From Octopus bimaculoides (Eukaryota): a stretch of DNA of 64,000 nt. Under the pieces are notes generated by a model, which saw only the letters and a list, made by a program, of their open reading frames with translations, did no database searches and was not told where the DNA came from. Positions 14,377 to 25,611 of this stretch are shown here, in pieces. Made by a program: the position numbers and the translations under genes. Positions within the stretch are counted from its first letter, which is position 1; every line of letters starts with the position of its first letter. The stretch covers positions 1,164,276 through 1,228,275 of the forward strand of contig NC_069008.1 in NCBI RefSeq assembly GCF_001194135.2. The letters are read 5' to 3'.

Positions 14377-17300
14377 NNNNNNNNNNNNNNNNNNNNNNNN
14401 NNNNNNNNNNNNNNNNNNNNNNNNNNNNNNNNNNNNNNNNNNNNNNNNNNNNNNNNNNNNNNNNNNNNNNNNNNNNNNNNNNNNNNNNNNNNNNNNNNNN
14501 NNNNNATATATGAAGGGATTCTTTCAGTTTCTTTCTACCAAAATCCACTCACAAGGCTTTGGTCAGCCCAAGGCGATAACAGAAGATAGAAGACACATGC
14601 CCTGGATGCCACACAGCGGGGCAGAACCTGAAACCATGTGGTTGTCACAAACACACACACATACATAATTAACCAAATATATGAGATAATTCCAAATAGG
14701 TCTTCACCTGAGCCCAAATCATCTTGTCCTCTCTGAATTTTACGGGAAACTGGAGGGCTTGATGTGAAGTTAGTCTCAGCCAGAGACTGTTCCTGTAACA
14801 CAGAGGGAGAGAGAGAGAGAGAGAGAGAGATGAGAAGAATTAAGAAAGAGAAACTATGAATGAAAGAGTAAAAGAACAGAACAATAGAGAAATAGATGAG
14901 GCAGCAGTTGTGGGCTGAAAGAAGCCTCATGGCAGGCCTCAAGCCACATGGCTGGATGTGATTAGGAAGATCTCCAGGGGCTCAACATCACCATGGGGGA
15001 TTCAGAGGAGCTGGCATGGGACCACCAGCAATGGAGAGCACTGATGGAGCTGGTCGGCTCTATGCATGATGATGCGTCTGGGATCTCTAACTTGGGATGA
15101 CCCCAGCCACATGAAGCAAGAGCATGAAGCCAAGAGAAATAGAGACACTAGACATTATAAGGCCAAATACCTGAGACAGAAAAACAAAAAGAAACAAACA
15201 AAAAAAAAAAACAGACCACCCCTACTCCCATATTGATAAGAATACTGCATGAGAGTGTGTGCATGTGTGTCATGCATGTTTCTGTATTTCATCATCATGT
15301 TCGTTCAACTGGGACAACAGATCCAGCACTGTTTGTCATAGCTTTTGTGTGCTTCTTAAGACTGACTGATCTGTGCTCAAACACCATTGTCACAGAACCC
15401 TTCTCCACATCAGTCTTTGAAGGTATTTATAGAACAATAATAATAATTGCAGCGTGGAAGGTATTTATAAGCCATTTAAGAAACACACAAAAACTGTTAG
15501 ATTCACTTCAACATTTAAATTTAATTTGCCAAAATATTTTCGTCGCTTTGAGCAGATGCATCACAGAATTTTGTCAGTGAGCAGGTCGCAGACTCAAAGT
15601 GACGAAAATATCTTGGCAAATTAAATTTAAATGTTAAAGTGAATCTAACGGTTTTTGTGTGTTATTTTAAATGGCTTATAAACACCTTCCACGCTGCAAT
15701 TCTTTTCATTCCAGCACACGATCTCAGATCAGGTAACTTGCTATGCAAGTACATCTCCGTAATGATAATAATAATTGTTCCAAATTTTGGCATTTTGTAA
15801 GAGGAGGGGGCCTAGTTGATTACATCAAACTCATTACCTGCATGGTACTCGTTTTATCGACCTTGAAAGGATGAAAAGCAAAGTTGCCCTCAGCAGGATT
15901 TGAGATCAGAACATAAAGAGCTGCTACGTATTTTGTCCAACACGCAAACAATTCTTCCAGCTTGGTGCCTTAATAATCTCATCTACTATAGGCACAAGGG
16001 GGGAGGGGGATAACTGATTATATGGACTCCAATGCCTGACTAGAACTTATTTTATTGACCCCGAGAGGATAAAAGGCAAAGTTGACCATGGCGGAGTTTG
16101 AACTCAGAATGCAAAAACAGATGAAATGCTGCTAAGCATTTTGCCCGGCTTGCTAGCAATTCTGCCAGCTCACCACTTTTGGTACCTTCATAATAATAGG
16201 CACCAGTACCAGTGGAGCGCCGTTCGAGCATGATCGTTGCCAGAGCAGCTGTCTGGCTTCTGTGCCAGTGGCATGTAAATAGCACCATTTGGGCGTGATC
16301 GTTACCAGCGTTGCCTTCCTGGCACGTGTAAAGACATTCGAGCGAGATCGTTGCCAGTGCCACTGGACTGGCTCCTGTGCAGGTGGCACGTAAAATACAC
16401 CATTTTGAGCATGGCCGTTGCCAGTACCACCTGACTGGCCTTCGTGCAGGTGGCATGTAAAAGCACCCACTACACTCTCGGAGTGGTTGGTGTTAGGAAG
16501 GGCATCCAGCTGTAGAAACTCTGCCAGATCAGATTGGAGCCTGGTGTAGCCATCTGGTTCGCCAGTCCTCAGTCAAATCGTCCAACCCATGCTAGCATGG
16601 AAAGCGGACGTTAAACGATGATGATGATAATGATGATGATGATGTATCAAATTTTAGCACAAGGACATTGGTTTTAATGAGCACTTACTTGAGATTCTTC
16701 GAAGACAGACAGCTTCTGCTTTTTCTTCTTCCTCTTGATGTCTCTTTGTTGTAGGGAAAAACAAAGAAAAAAAAAAAAATCAATGATAATGATGATTCAC
16801 AATCTGGAAGAGGAGGATAGTAGGCAAATGTTAGCCATGGGTGTTGACTAACTACGGAACATTTCGTATGGTCAGTCAGATGCTTCCTGGCGAGTTCATG
16901 TCCAAACAAGTAGGAGCAGGTTTTGCGTTGTAAAAACACAACCAGGGATATATATATGAATTAAGGGTACACGTGTTGTGGAGTGCTCAGTCACTTGCAT
17001 GTTAATTACAGGGGCAGGTTGTTCCATTGATTGGATCAACTGAAACACTTGCTGCCATAACCAACGGAGTGCCAGTTTAATCTAGAATGTATCTAGGACT
17101 ACATTAATTAGACTAAAGGTGTTCCAACCTCGACTATCCTGTTTTTGAATTTATTAGAAGTAAATGGTGAATATAACAACAATAACAAATCGTTGTGTGA
17201 AGTTCCTTTTACGTTACCTTGGTGGTGTATCTAAGTTTTCTTGCAGTAGCTTTTCAAACCGTGCTCTTGTCTGTAATGTAATATCTTCAGAAGAATCTGC

Positions 17301-20300
17301 AAAAAAGGTAAATAAATAAACCATCATCATCATCATTTTAATGTCTTCTCTTCTATGGTCACATTGCTTGGATGGAATTAGTTGTGGCAGATTTTCTATG
17401 GTTGGATGCCCTTTTTCTTGGCAATTCACACTTGTTTCCATGTAAGGTAATATTCTTTTCTACTCTAAGCAGAAGGCCCGAAATTTTTGGGGAGGGGACC
17501 AGTTGATTAGATCAACCCCAGTACGCAACTGGTACTTAATTTATTGATCGCAAAAGGATGATAGGCAAAGTCGACCTCGGCAGAATTTGAACTCAGAACA
17601 TAAAAACAGATGAAATACCGCTAAGCATTTTGCCCGACATGCTGTTTCTTATTTCTTTATTGCCCACAAGGGGTTAAACATAGAGGAGACAAACAAGGAC
17701 AGACAGAGGGATTAAGTCGATTAGATCAATCCCAGTGCGTAACTGGTACTTAATTTACTGACCCCGAAAGGATGAAAGGCAAAGTCAACCTTGGTGGAAT
17801 TTCGCCGGGCGTGCTAACGTTTCTGCCAGCTCACCACCTTCATGCAAGGTGATATTACTCCATGGCTTGACATGCTGGAAATGAATGGCACAACTTTCAT
17901 GCTTGTGACACATGTTTTTATACAGACTAAAAACAAGACCTGCCAAAAGAATGGATGGACCTAGCATAAGTTCATTGACTGTCTAGCAATAGCACAGGTC
18001 CTCAGAAATTCCAAGTAGTTAGACCTGGTAGAAAATAGCAGTCAAATCTCGTGTGTGCGTGTGTGTATGTATGTATGTACATATGTATGTGTGAGCTGCG
18101 CGAAAGCGCACGGCTCATATAGTGAATGGGGAAAGCTTAATCTGCAATGTTTGCAGTCGTGCATGCTTGTCAAGAGCAGGGCTCATTAGCCACCAACGGA
18201 GCCGCAAATGCAAAATATAAGTTAGTCCTAGAGCGCACAATGTTCCCGAAGGTTGGCAATGGTCTTCCTCGGTCACGAGTGGACAGCCATCATGTTTCTC
18301 TCTATTTGTCTACCAATCTATCTTAGTACTTTATGGATGCATGAGCCAATGAGGGACACCTTTACAAGGGGGCTAGACTTTTTAAAACAGCAGCTAAATG
18401 TCCCTCAAATTATACCCTACAATCTTATGTAGAAATTCCAGGTTGGAAAACTACTGGGAGTGTGGTGGTGCTAAGTTTTCATTAAAGCATGTGTCTAGGA
18501 GGTCACTCTGAAATAAAACCAGATAAACCGATTCAATTGACTAAATTACAGAAACAGGTATGCTGCTGTACAAGAGATACATAGTTACCTAGCCAGAGGG
18601 AAAAGCAAGAGAAAGAGAGAGAGAGAGAGAGTAGAAGACCGTATATATACCTGTTGCAGGTATGTTTTTCTTAACTTTCTTCTTCACTCTAGGTTTCTTC
18701 TCCTCAGTCAAGATGGCATCTGAAAAAAATATGGAAGTTTTGAAGTTTCTGTTTTGAGTTCTTTTGTTTTGTTTCTAGTTTCTTTAAACATTGTACATGC
18801 ACGCACAGGTGTGTGTGTATGTATATGTACATGCATATCTATATACAAATATATGAGTGAGTGTTTGTATGTGTATATATATATCATCATCATCGTTTAA
18901 GCAGATGTTAAACGATGATGATGATGATATATACATACGTAAGAACCTGTATGTGCACATGCATGTGACTGTGTATAAGCACATGTGTATGTGCGTACGC
19001 ATATATGTGTATATGTATGTGCATCCATGTGCTTGTATGAATACATTTATGGATGCGCTTGAGCATGCACATGTATATATATATACATATGTGTCTATGT
19101 ATATATGTGTGTGTGTATATGTATGTATGCATATGTTTGTATATATGTGTGTATATGTATGCATATATATGTATATATGTGTGTGTGTGTATATGTATGT
19201 ATATGTACGTGTGTGCACACCTATGTATGTCATTATACCTTATTTCCTCCTCTCATATAGTCTTGGGGATAAGTCCCACTGTGTGGCACCTAGGGCAAGG
19301 GTCTTCTACTTTAGTATTGGGCCGACGAAAGCCTTGTGAGTGGATTTCATTTGGTAAATGCAAACAGAAAGATAACTGTTGTGTGTGTGTGTGTGTGTGC
19401 GTGTGAGTGAATCTGTGTTTGTCCCCCACAACTGCTTGACAACTGGTGTTGGTTTATGTCCCCTGTAACTTAATGGTTTGTTAAAGGAGGTTGATAGAAT
19501 AAGTACTAGGCTTTGAAAAAAGTAAGTAGTGGGGTTGATACATTCAACTAAAAATTCTTTGAAGCAATGTCCTATCCTGGCCACAGTTTAATGAGTGGAA
19601 CAAGTAAAAGATAAAAAATCCATAATTACGATGACGATCACCATCACCATCAATTTAAGCCTGCTTACCATGCTGGCATGGCTGGACAGGTTGTCAAAGT
19701 CCAAGATGCCTCCCACTGGGCGCTACTGTTCCCAAAGAATAGGTGTTCATAAATGTCATTCCTTAGTTTCTTTGTAGCTACTGAGCCAGGTGGTCAAAAA
19801 GAACGGTTCACTCTAGGTGGTGCTTTTATGGGGGCAACACTTTAGGGTCTGTTGTTTATGCTAGTATAGGGAACGGGGGGAATGGGGTTAGCAGAGAGGA
19901 GGGGCTGCAAACTGAAGGGCTCGCCCAGGTGGCACACGCGACGACTACATCACTGGTCACAAGGTTTCGGCTGATCCATAGTCATGGTAAAGGACCCTTA
20001 CTCAAATTTGGCTACACCAAAATAAGTGAAAGGAACATCGACCTGATCACTCTATCGACTAGAAATAACAGCTAAATAACCTCCCTCAAAACACACGCTA
20101 CCAGCTAAAAAAAAAAAAAAAGACGAAACAGGAAGGCAAAAGATATACTGGATAATGTAGTCCTAGATACACTATGCCATGGATATATAAACAGAGAAGA
20201 CTATATAATCTAACGGACACAAGTTGGAATGGTCATGAGTGGAACGACTTTGATAATAGCTTGGCTTAATCAGGCCTGATCTAGAGCTGAAAGCGTCACT

Positions 20301-20404
20301 AACAACAGCAACATCAAAAAGATTATCAACATCAGTCAACGAGATCATCAGTGTTGTCCCGCCAAAAAGACAAATTCAGAAAAATACTCACCGTCTTCTG
20401 CCAT
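925..20404 (-). CDS. AHI1: AHI1/jouberin ortholog, 5' part (multi-exon; continues beyond window start)
   Basis: Manually chained GT-AG exons give [75 protein letters not shown] and [13 protein letters not shown]...[12 protein letters not shown], collinear with remembered human AHI1 motifs up to the first WD40 repeat. Phases chain except at exon 7/8. Confidence 0.93.
1092..1675 (+). mobile_element. Internally deleted mariner-like DNA transposon
   Basis: C-terminal [36 protein letters not shown] then a TIR-like end ttactttttgactcaccctcg+TA. Confidence 0.75.
1718..1849 (-). CDS. AHI1: AHI1 exon entering the WD40 region
   Basis: [36 protein letters not shown] matches human WKRLPGQACRIPN...GCFCLDFSHNGR; phase 2-2. 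Confidence 0.93.
2098..2445. mobile_element. Head-to-head dimer of the hammerhead SINE (minus tail plus plus copy)
   Basis: Minus tail with hammerhead 2150-2195; plus copy from 2269 cut at CTGATGAAG where the Tc1/mariner fragment begins. Confidence 0.8.
2446..3035 (+). mobile_element. Degenerate Tc1/mariner transposase 3' half (DD37D-like)
   Basis: [11 protein letters not shown]...[10 protein letters not shown], then after a frameshift [13 protein letters not shown]...[14 protein letters not shown]; ends cgcaccctg+TA. Confidence 0.85.
3360..3421 (-). CDS. AHI1: AHI1 exon ([20 protein letters not shown])
   Basis: EKG follows QE as in human; gtgagt donor; phase 0-2. Confidence 0.87.
3805..3839 (-). 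ncRNA. Second predicted minimal hammerhead in an unrelated repeat (3707-3880)
   Basis: GUUU-CUGAUGA-A-GAGC(uuu)GCUC-GAA-AUGU-U-AAAC; both stems pair; stem III has a CpG-type change. Confidence 0.55.
4200..4715 (+). mobile_element. RTE-clade LINE 3' remnant
   Basis: [39 protein letters not shown] post-RT motif; related copies at 5330-5760 (-) and 14925-15135 (+). Confidence 0.75.
4834..4959 (-). CDS. AHI1: AHI1 exon ([22 protein letters not shown]...RSMFATQE)
   Basis: Matches human EWW...YPSTLYVTV...RSMMALQE; phase 0-0. Confidence 0.93.
5330..5760 (-). mobile_element. RTE-clade LINE 3' remnant (inverted relative to 4200-4715)
   Basis: [36 protein letters not shown], typical RTE C-terminus. 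Confidence 0.75.
6232..6336 (-). CDS. AHI1: AHI1 exon ([21 protein letters not shown]...TPE)
   Basis: Matches human [21 protein letters not shown]; phase 0-0. Confidence 0.9.
7762..7860 (-). CDS. AHI1: AHI1 exon (IVDFVSMN...[11 protein letters not shown])
   Basis: Matches human ILDFLS...KIAWAFLK; phase 0-0; missed by the ORF track. Confidence 0.93.
9383..9476 (-). CDS. AHI1: AHI1 exon ([31 protein letters not shown])
   Basis: Matches human LPEWEEQIVFNENF...PKVILFFE; gtaaga donor. Confidence 0.93.
10486..10690 (-). CDS. AHI1: AHI1 exon 10 (start of conserved C2-like region)
   Basis: [36 protein letters not shown] matches human [34 protein letters not shown]; phase 1-2. Confidence 0.93.
10725..11170. 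repeat. Degenerate GGAAT/AGAAT-rich tandem repeat
   Basis: Recurrent tagaatggaa and gaagaatagtagaatgagagattt units. Confidence 0.75.
11507..11678 (-). CDS. AHI1: AHI1 exon 9 ([22 protein letters not shown]...SPKKGKKKK)
   Basis: tttcag acceptor, gtaaac donor, open 57 codons, phase 0-1. Confidence 0.82.
12151..12515 (-). mobile_element. SINE family B copy
   Basis: Reverse complement of 26222-26604. Confidence 0.85.
12652..12760 (-). CDS. AHI1: AHI1 exon 8 ([36 protein letters not shown])
   Basis: ctctccacag acceptor, gtttgt donor; phase 0 end matches exon 9; 5' boundary uncertain. Confidence 0.65.
13091..13167 (-). CDS. AHI1: AHI1 exon 7, boundaries uncertain ([25 protein letters not shown])
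   Basis: catcag acceptor, phase 2 matches exon 6; the donor gives phase 1, which does not match the best exon 8 acceptor. Confidence 0.5.
13185..13770. repeat. Compound trinucleotide array (GAT/GGT/AGT) in AHI1 intron
   Basis: Visible directly; source of spurious poly-T/Y/H/S/G ORFs. Confidence 0.9.
13789..13867 (-). CDS. AHI1: AHI1 exon 6 ([26 protein letters not shown])
   Basis: tgttag acceptor, gtgtgt donor, phase 1-2. Confidence 0.75.
14708..14792 (-). CDS. AHI1: AHI1 exon 5 ([28 protein letters not shown])
   Basis: ttacag acceptor, gtgaag donor, phase 0-1. Confidence 0.75.
15445..15701. repeat. Long inverted repeat (~108-bp arms, 40-bp spacer), MITE-like
   Basis: 15445-15552 versus reverse complement of 15593-15701. 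Confidence 0.85.
16200..16643 (+). mobile_element. Family E retroposon with internal ~66-bp tandem units and (ATG)n tail
   Basis: Ends GCGGACGTTAAACGATGATGATG; reverse copies at 11864-12150, 9954-10232 and 28612-29290. Confidence 0.75.
16689..16743 (-). CDS. AHI1: AHI1 exon 4 ([18 protein letters not shown])
   Basis: caaag acceptor, gtaagt donor, phase 2-0. Confidence 0.8.
17218..17296 (-). CDS. AHI1: AHI1 exon 3 ([26 protein letters not shown])
   Basis: Resembles human N-terminal TKVRFEELLK; phase 1-2; canonical sites. Confidence 0.88.
18085..18294 (+). mobile_element. RTE-like LINE 3' end with C2H2 knuckle
   Basis: [21 protein letters not shown] followed by a ggacagccatcat tail. Confidence 0.65.
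18651..18719 (-). CDS. AHI1: AHI1 exon 2 ([23 protein letters not shown])
   Basis: ttttttcag acceptor, gtatat donor, phase 1-1. Confidence 0.8.
20392..20404 (-). CDS. AHI1: AHI1 first coding exon (MAED)
   Basis: ATG GCA GAA GAC G|gtgagt; phase 1 matches next exon. Confidence 0.8.
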
Positions 20405-21399
20405 ATTTGTTTACATGCTAGTCTCGCAGTGAATCAACTTCATAGTGCTTCATATAACAATATTTCGTCTTCCTTCGTTACCATGAAGAATAAAAAATGC
20501 CGTTGAAAAAAAAGTACATAAAATCGACAAAATATTCATACATAAAATCATTAAAACATTTTTTATCGTTCATACATGTATATATATAAATATATATATT
20601 TTGTATGAAACTATGTTTGTATCATTATATGAAGTTATTATTTTCGTACAGTACCGGAATCAATATCGACCAGGCTTGTGACAGGCAGTGATCCGGATTT
20701 CTGAGCTTTCCGGTTTTCTCGAGACAGCTTAAGTATATACTTAAAATCTAAAATAAACTATGAGAAGTAAAGAGCTAAATTGTATTTATAAAGCGGTATC
20801 TGTTTGATTTCTATAATTCAACTTAAAATTCTTTAAATGTATCATACTATATCATGTATACGGTTAAATGTTTATAGGATGAAAATTAAACGAAGTACAC
20901 ATGGTTTTATTTAACGTATATTGATACGTATTATATCACACCTAAAGCAGAATATATTTAATGTTTATTAATCCACTCGAAAAAGTATAGAGCAAAACTA
21001 ATTTTAAAACACTATGCAAATTGACCAATAGCCGGTTTTTTGATAATTTCGGATTTCTGAAAGCCGGATAAAAAATCCGGTACTATATCACTATGCCTTC
21101 CGTCATGCTACTTTACATGTCGGTTCCGCAGTGAATGTACATAATCGATCCTCATGCAACAATATTTACGTCTTCCTTCGTTACCAAAAATGAAAAATAC
21201 AAAACAAAACAAATTGATAAAATTGATATGAAATCGAAAAATGAATAATATATGAAGTATTTTTGAGTAACTTTTATCATGAATACGTATATATATATGT
21301 TTACATAAAATTATTGTACGCACCTACACTTTACTTAGGACGGCTGCTATATGTGACATCTGACCCGTTCGCAAGAGGTGTGTTACGCCTCTTAGTGGA

Positions 21400-21441
<42 letters not shown>

Positions 21442-21483
21442 TCACATTGCCCTTTTAGTTCCGGCAGTGGAAGGCTGGCCACG
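20405..21483. promoter_or_regulatory. Putative bidirectional promoter and 5' UTRs between AHI1 and HPS6-like
   Basis: Divergent ATGs 1079 bp apart; local CpG/CCGG enrichment; no SINE in the interval. Confidence 0.6.
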
Positions 21484-21534
21484 ATGATCTACCTGGAATC
21501 ATTTGGCAATTTTTTCCCGTCTTTCGAGAAAGAG
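21484..21534 (+). CDS. HPS6: HPS6-like exon 1 (MIYLESFGNFFPSFEKE)
   Basis: ATG, gtaaat donor, phase 0. Confidence 0.75.
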
Positions 21535-24500
21535 GTAAATACTTCTCTTTTACTCTTTTACTTGTTTCAGTCATTTGACTGCGGCCATGCTGGAGCACCA
21601 CCTTTTAGTCGAGCAAATCAACCCCAGGACTTATTCTATGTAAGCCTAGTACTTATTCTATCGGTCTCTTTTGCCGAAGCATTAAGTTACGAGGACATAA
21701 ACACACCACCATCAGTTGCCAAGCGATGTTAGTGGGGACAAACACAAACACACATATATACATATGCATATATACAAAGTCTTTGATCAGATCCTCAAAA
21801 GTAATCTTAGATAACACATCTGCATCTATACTTAGTAGAGATAAAGGCATCCCGAATATTATTTTAGCAAGTTTAAAGTGATTTCTTTTGTGCTGTAAGC
21901 TATTTACCATTTCTGTGGTACCCCCCTCCTTCCCTTGATTCCCTAAGCACGTACTTATTTTGCTTAATGGTTAATCCACTGCTGATTGCATTCTTACTCT
22001 TTCTTTGTTATATTACAGGAAATTGAAAAGATTTTCAAACAACATCATTATGGAAATGTTGAAAGAATATGGGTCACTCCAGGCCTTTTACTTGCTTCCA
22101 CTGATGGTGACCAAGTCCTGCATCCAATATGTACTCATTCAGCTGCTTCTTCCTCGGTTTGTAAACTTTTTTCTTCGTTTTCTTTCTTTCCCTGCTTTCT
22201 TCATGATTCCTATGCGCTCGCCCCCATTCACACATACACACTCATGTATGTATGTATATGTATATATACACATACACACATAACACCCTCACTGTATATA
22301 TATTTACATTTTACTATCTTCAGTCCAGTGTCCATTGGTCTCTCCACATTCAAACAGAATCAACAGTCCTTGATGTCTTAATCAATGCTAATCCTTGTAA
22401 TCCAGCTTTAGCTACCATCATATATGTTGTAAGTATATATTTCCTTTTTCTCTAATTCGGCTCTTTAATACATTCTTCATAAAATAAAAATTACTTCCCT
22501 GTGTTGAAATTTACTGTATGTCTTGAATGATATTTTAGCAAGTTTAAAGTGATTTCTTTTGTGCTGTAAGCCATTTACCATTTCTGTGGTACCCCCCTCC
22601 TTCCCTTGATTCCCTAAGCACGTACTTATTTTGCTTAATGGTTAATCCACTGCTGATTGCATTCTTACTCTTTCTTTGTTATATAGCCAGAGGAGGGTTA
22701 TTATCTGTGCTAAAATTACCATTTTACTATAACAGTATCTGCATGGTTTTAACCTATACCTTTCCATGCTTGCATTGTCAAACTTGAGTATGCTGGGGCA
22801 GAGATTTTTATGGTTAGAAACCCATCCTGATGCCAATGTCTCCCTGTTTCCTAGTGAAATAATTATCTACCATTCTATTGAAAAGCAAACAGCCAAGACA
22901 TGTTTATATGGAGAACCAGATACCAAAACTCTCAGACTTTAGATTGAATTGTCAACTTTTATAGCTGTAAGCTAGCTTCTAGAACCTTCAGCCAAACTGT
23001 TTGGCAGGAAAACTTGCTGCATTATTTTGAAGTTTGTTATGTCAACTGTAAGTCAGCTGATGCTGATTGGTTGAGCCATATTCATGTCATTAATAACTCT
23101 TATGTGACATTTTTCCTTTTATGGAGATATATTAGTTCATGATTCTAGACTTGGGGAAGTCTGAGAGTTATGGGTCAGATTTCAGCTAGGGCCTTGCTAC
23201 ACATCCCTTGCTGACATTCCTGTCTGTTCATTCTGCACTCTGGAAGACCTGTGGAATAATAAAAAGATACCTTAGTTGAAAAACAGGTATGGCTCGCAAC
23301 AAGGAAAGGGTCTAGTTGTAAAACAAGCCCCATCCAACCCATGCTAGCATGGGAAAAACAAGCATTAAATGAGTGAACAAATCCATGTACAGAAACCTAC
23401 AATCGTTTTGCTTTGGTCAACATCCCTTCATGGGTTTTGTCTGTAAAAAGAAAAAAATCTCTCAACTGTCATCTCCCTTCTCTCATCTCTCCTATTTTCA
23501 GGTTGAAGAGTCTGGCCATGTCCAATGCTGGCAACAGAGCAACACCACCTATGTGTGGAAGATGGTGTACCGACTCCACCTGGCTAACAGTCATGTGGAT
23601 GTCTTAACGCCATCCGATCCCCTCACCTCATCCGACTTGACCAGCACCCGAGTAACCAGTGCCTGCCTCCTACCTGAACATCATCTGTTGTACTGGTGTG
23701 AACAACAACAACGTCAAGGGACCAACAGAAACAGGAACACCATCTACAAACTACAGCTTCCTGGTAATATCAACGTTGGATTTTATTTTTGTCTTACATT
23801 TTATCTTTCACTTGTTTCAGTCATTAGACTGTGGCCATGCTAGGTTATTCTTGATTTGGATTATCTTAGCCTTGAGTTATCCCAGTCTGGACTTATCCCT
23901 ATCTTGGATTACTCTAGTCTTGGTTTACTCTTGGACTTGGATTATTCTGTGTTATCTTGGTCTCATATTATCTCAGCCTTTTATTATACCAGTCTTGGAT
24001 TATTATTGTAAGAGATTATCTCAGGCTCTAGTTGTTAATCCACTTACTGTGATGGTTATAAAATGGTTTGGATCATTAAGTATTGGGTTGGGATTATTTC
24101 AGTCTCACATTATTCTGGTCTTGGGTTATGGGCTTCCAGAATTCTTCAAGAAAATCCATAAACTATAAGAGTTATTCCAACTCCAGAGTTCTTCAAAAAA
24201 GTCTACAGATTGTAAATGTTATTCTGTCCTCAGTTATTCCATCCCCAAAATTCCAGATGTTATAACTGCTATTCCAGCCCCAGATTCTTCATAAATTCCA
24301 TAAGCTGTAAGAGTTATTTCAACCCCAGAATTCTTCAAAAAGACCCTAACCTGTAAATGTTATTCCAGCCTCCAGTTATTCCATTTCCAGAATTCTTCAA
24401 AAAGACCCTAACCTGTAACTGTTATGCCAACCTCCCATTGTTCCAGTCTCAGAATTCTTCAAAAAGTTCTTAAGCCATAACTGAATTCTTCCTTTCTACC

Positions 24501-25578
24501 ATACTGTCATTCCAGGTAGCACCATTGAAGATAGCAGTTCCCAGAAGATGCCAATAGAGAGACAAACCATTCTGCAGAACTGTCCGCCCTGTTCCTTGTA
24601 TAACCTCAGCTGCAGTATTCTTATCATCCCTGACGAAATGTAAGCCTATTAAAAACATTTCAAATGAAATGAGGGGATCTTCATGTTTTACTTGTTCCAT
24701 TAAAGTGGTTGGCATTAGGAAGTGCATCAAGCTTTCTAAATTTGGGTACTAATGGGTTAATATTTGGTATACTCTGCTGGGGTCATCTTTGCCGTTCATC
24801 CATTCAGGGTTGATAAAACAAGTACCAGTTGAACACTGGGGTCAATATAATTGACTTTACCACTTCCCGCCGAAATTTCTGGCCTTGTGCCAAAATTTGA
24901 AACCCATATTTGATACATAAATATAAACTAACATTTGTTTTTTATATGTGTTGAAATGTGTATTGTAAGATACAAATAAGATGATAATTTATTTTGGAAA
25001 GCAGAAACGCCACTTTGTAAGGGTAATTTTCACAATATTTCTGCCGTTCTAAGAGCATTTCTGCATTCAAAAGTAAATTATTGTCTTATTTGTATCTTAC
25101 AACATTTGGTATNNNNNNNNNNGGTAAAACAGCAGTGCACCATCAGATCTCAATGAAGTCAGGAGAACCGCTTAATTTCAAAGCCATCTTACTTCAGTAC
25201 CAAGACATAGTGAAAAAGGTAAAGTAATTGTTGTACTATTCATGAAATTGGTAGAGCTTCGGGCAAAGTTCATTGTCGTAATTATCTTTTATAGCTTAGT
25301 TCTTTCAGCCATAGGATTGACCATGTTGGGGCACCACTTCAAAGGGTTTGGTTGTACAAAATAACCCCAGTACTCATTTTCTATAGCTGGGGTTTATTCT
25401 AGCAATCACTTTTTGCTGAACTGCTAAGTTACAGGGATGTAAACAAACCACATGGTTCCGGGTTCAGTCCCACTGCGTGGCACCTTGGGCAAGTGTCTTC
25501 TACTATAGCCTCGGGCCGACCAAAGCCTTGTGAGTGGATTTGGTAGACGGAAACTGAAAGAAGCCTGTCGTATATATG

Positions 25579-25611
<33 letters not shown>

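Larger units (their letters stand above)
21860..22684 (+). repeat. 154-bp direct duplication (21860-22013 and 22531-22684)
   Basis: Nearly identical copies of the 3' end of HPS6-like intron 1. Confidence 0.9.
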
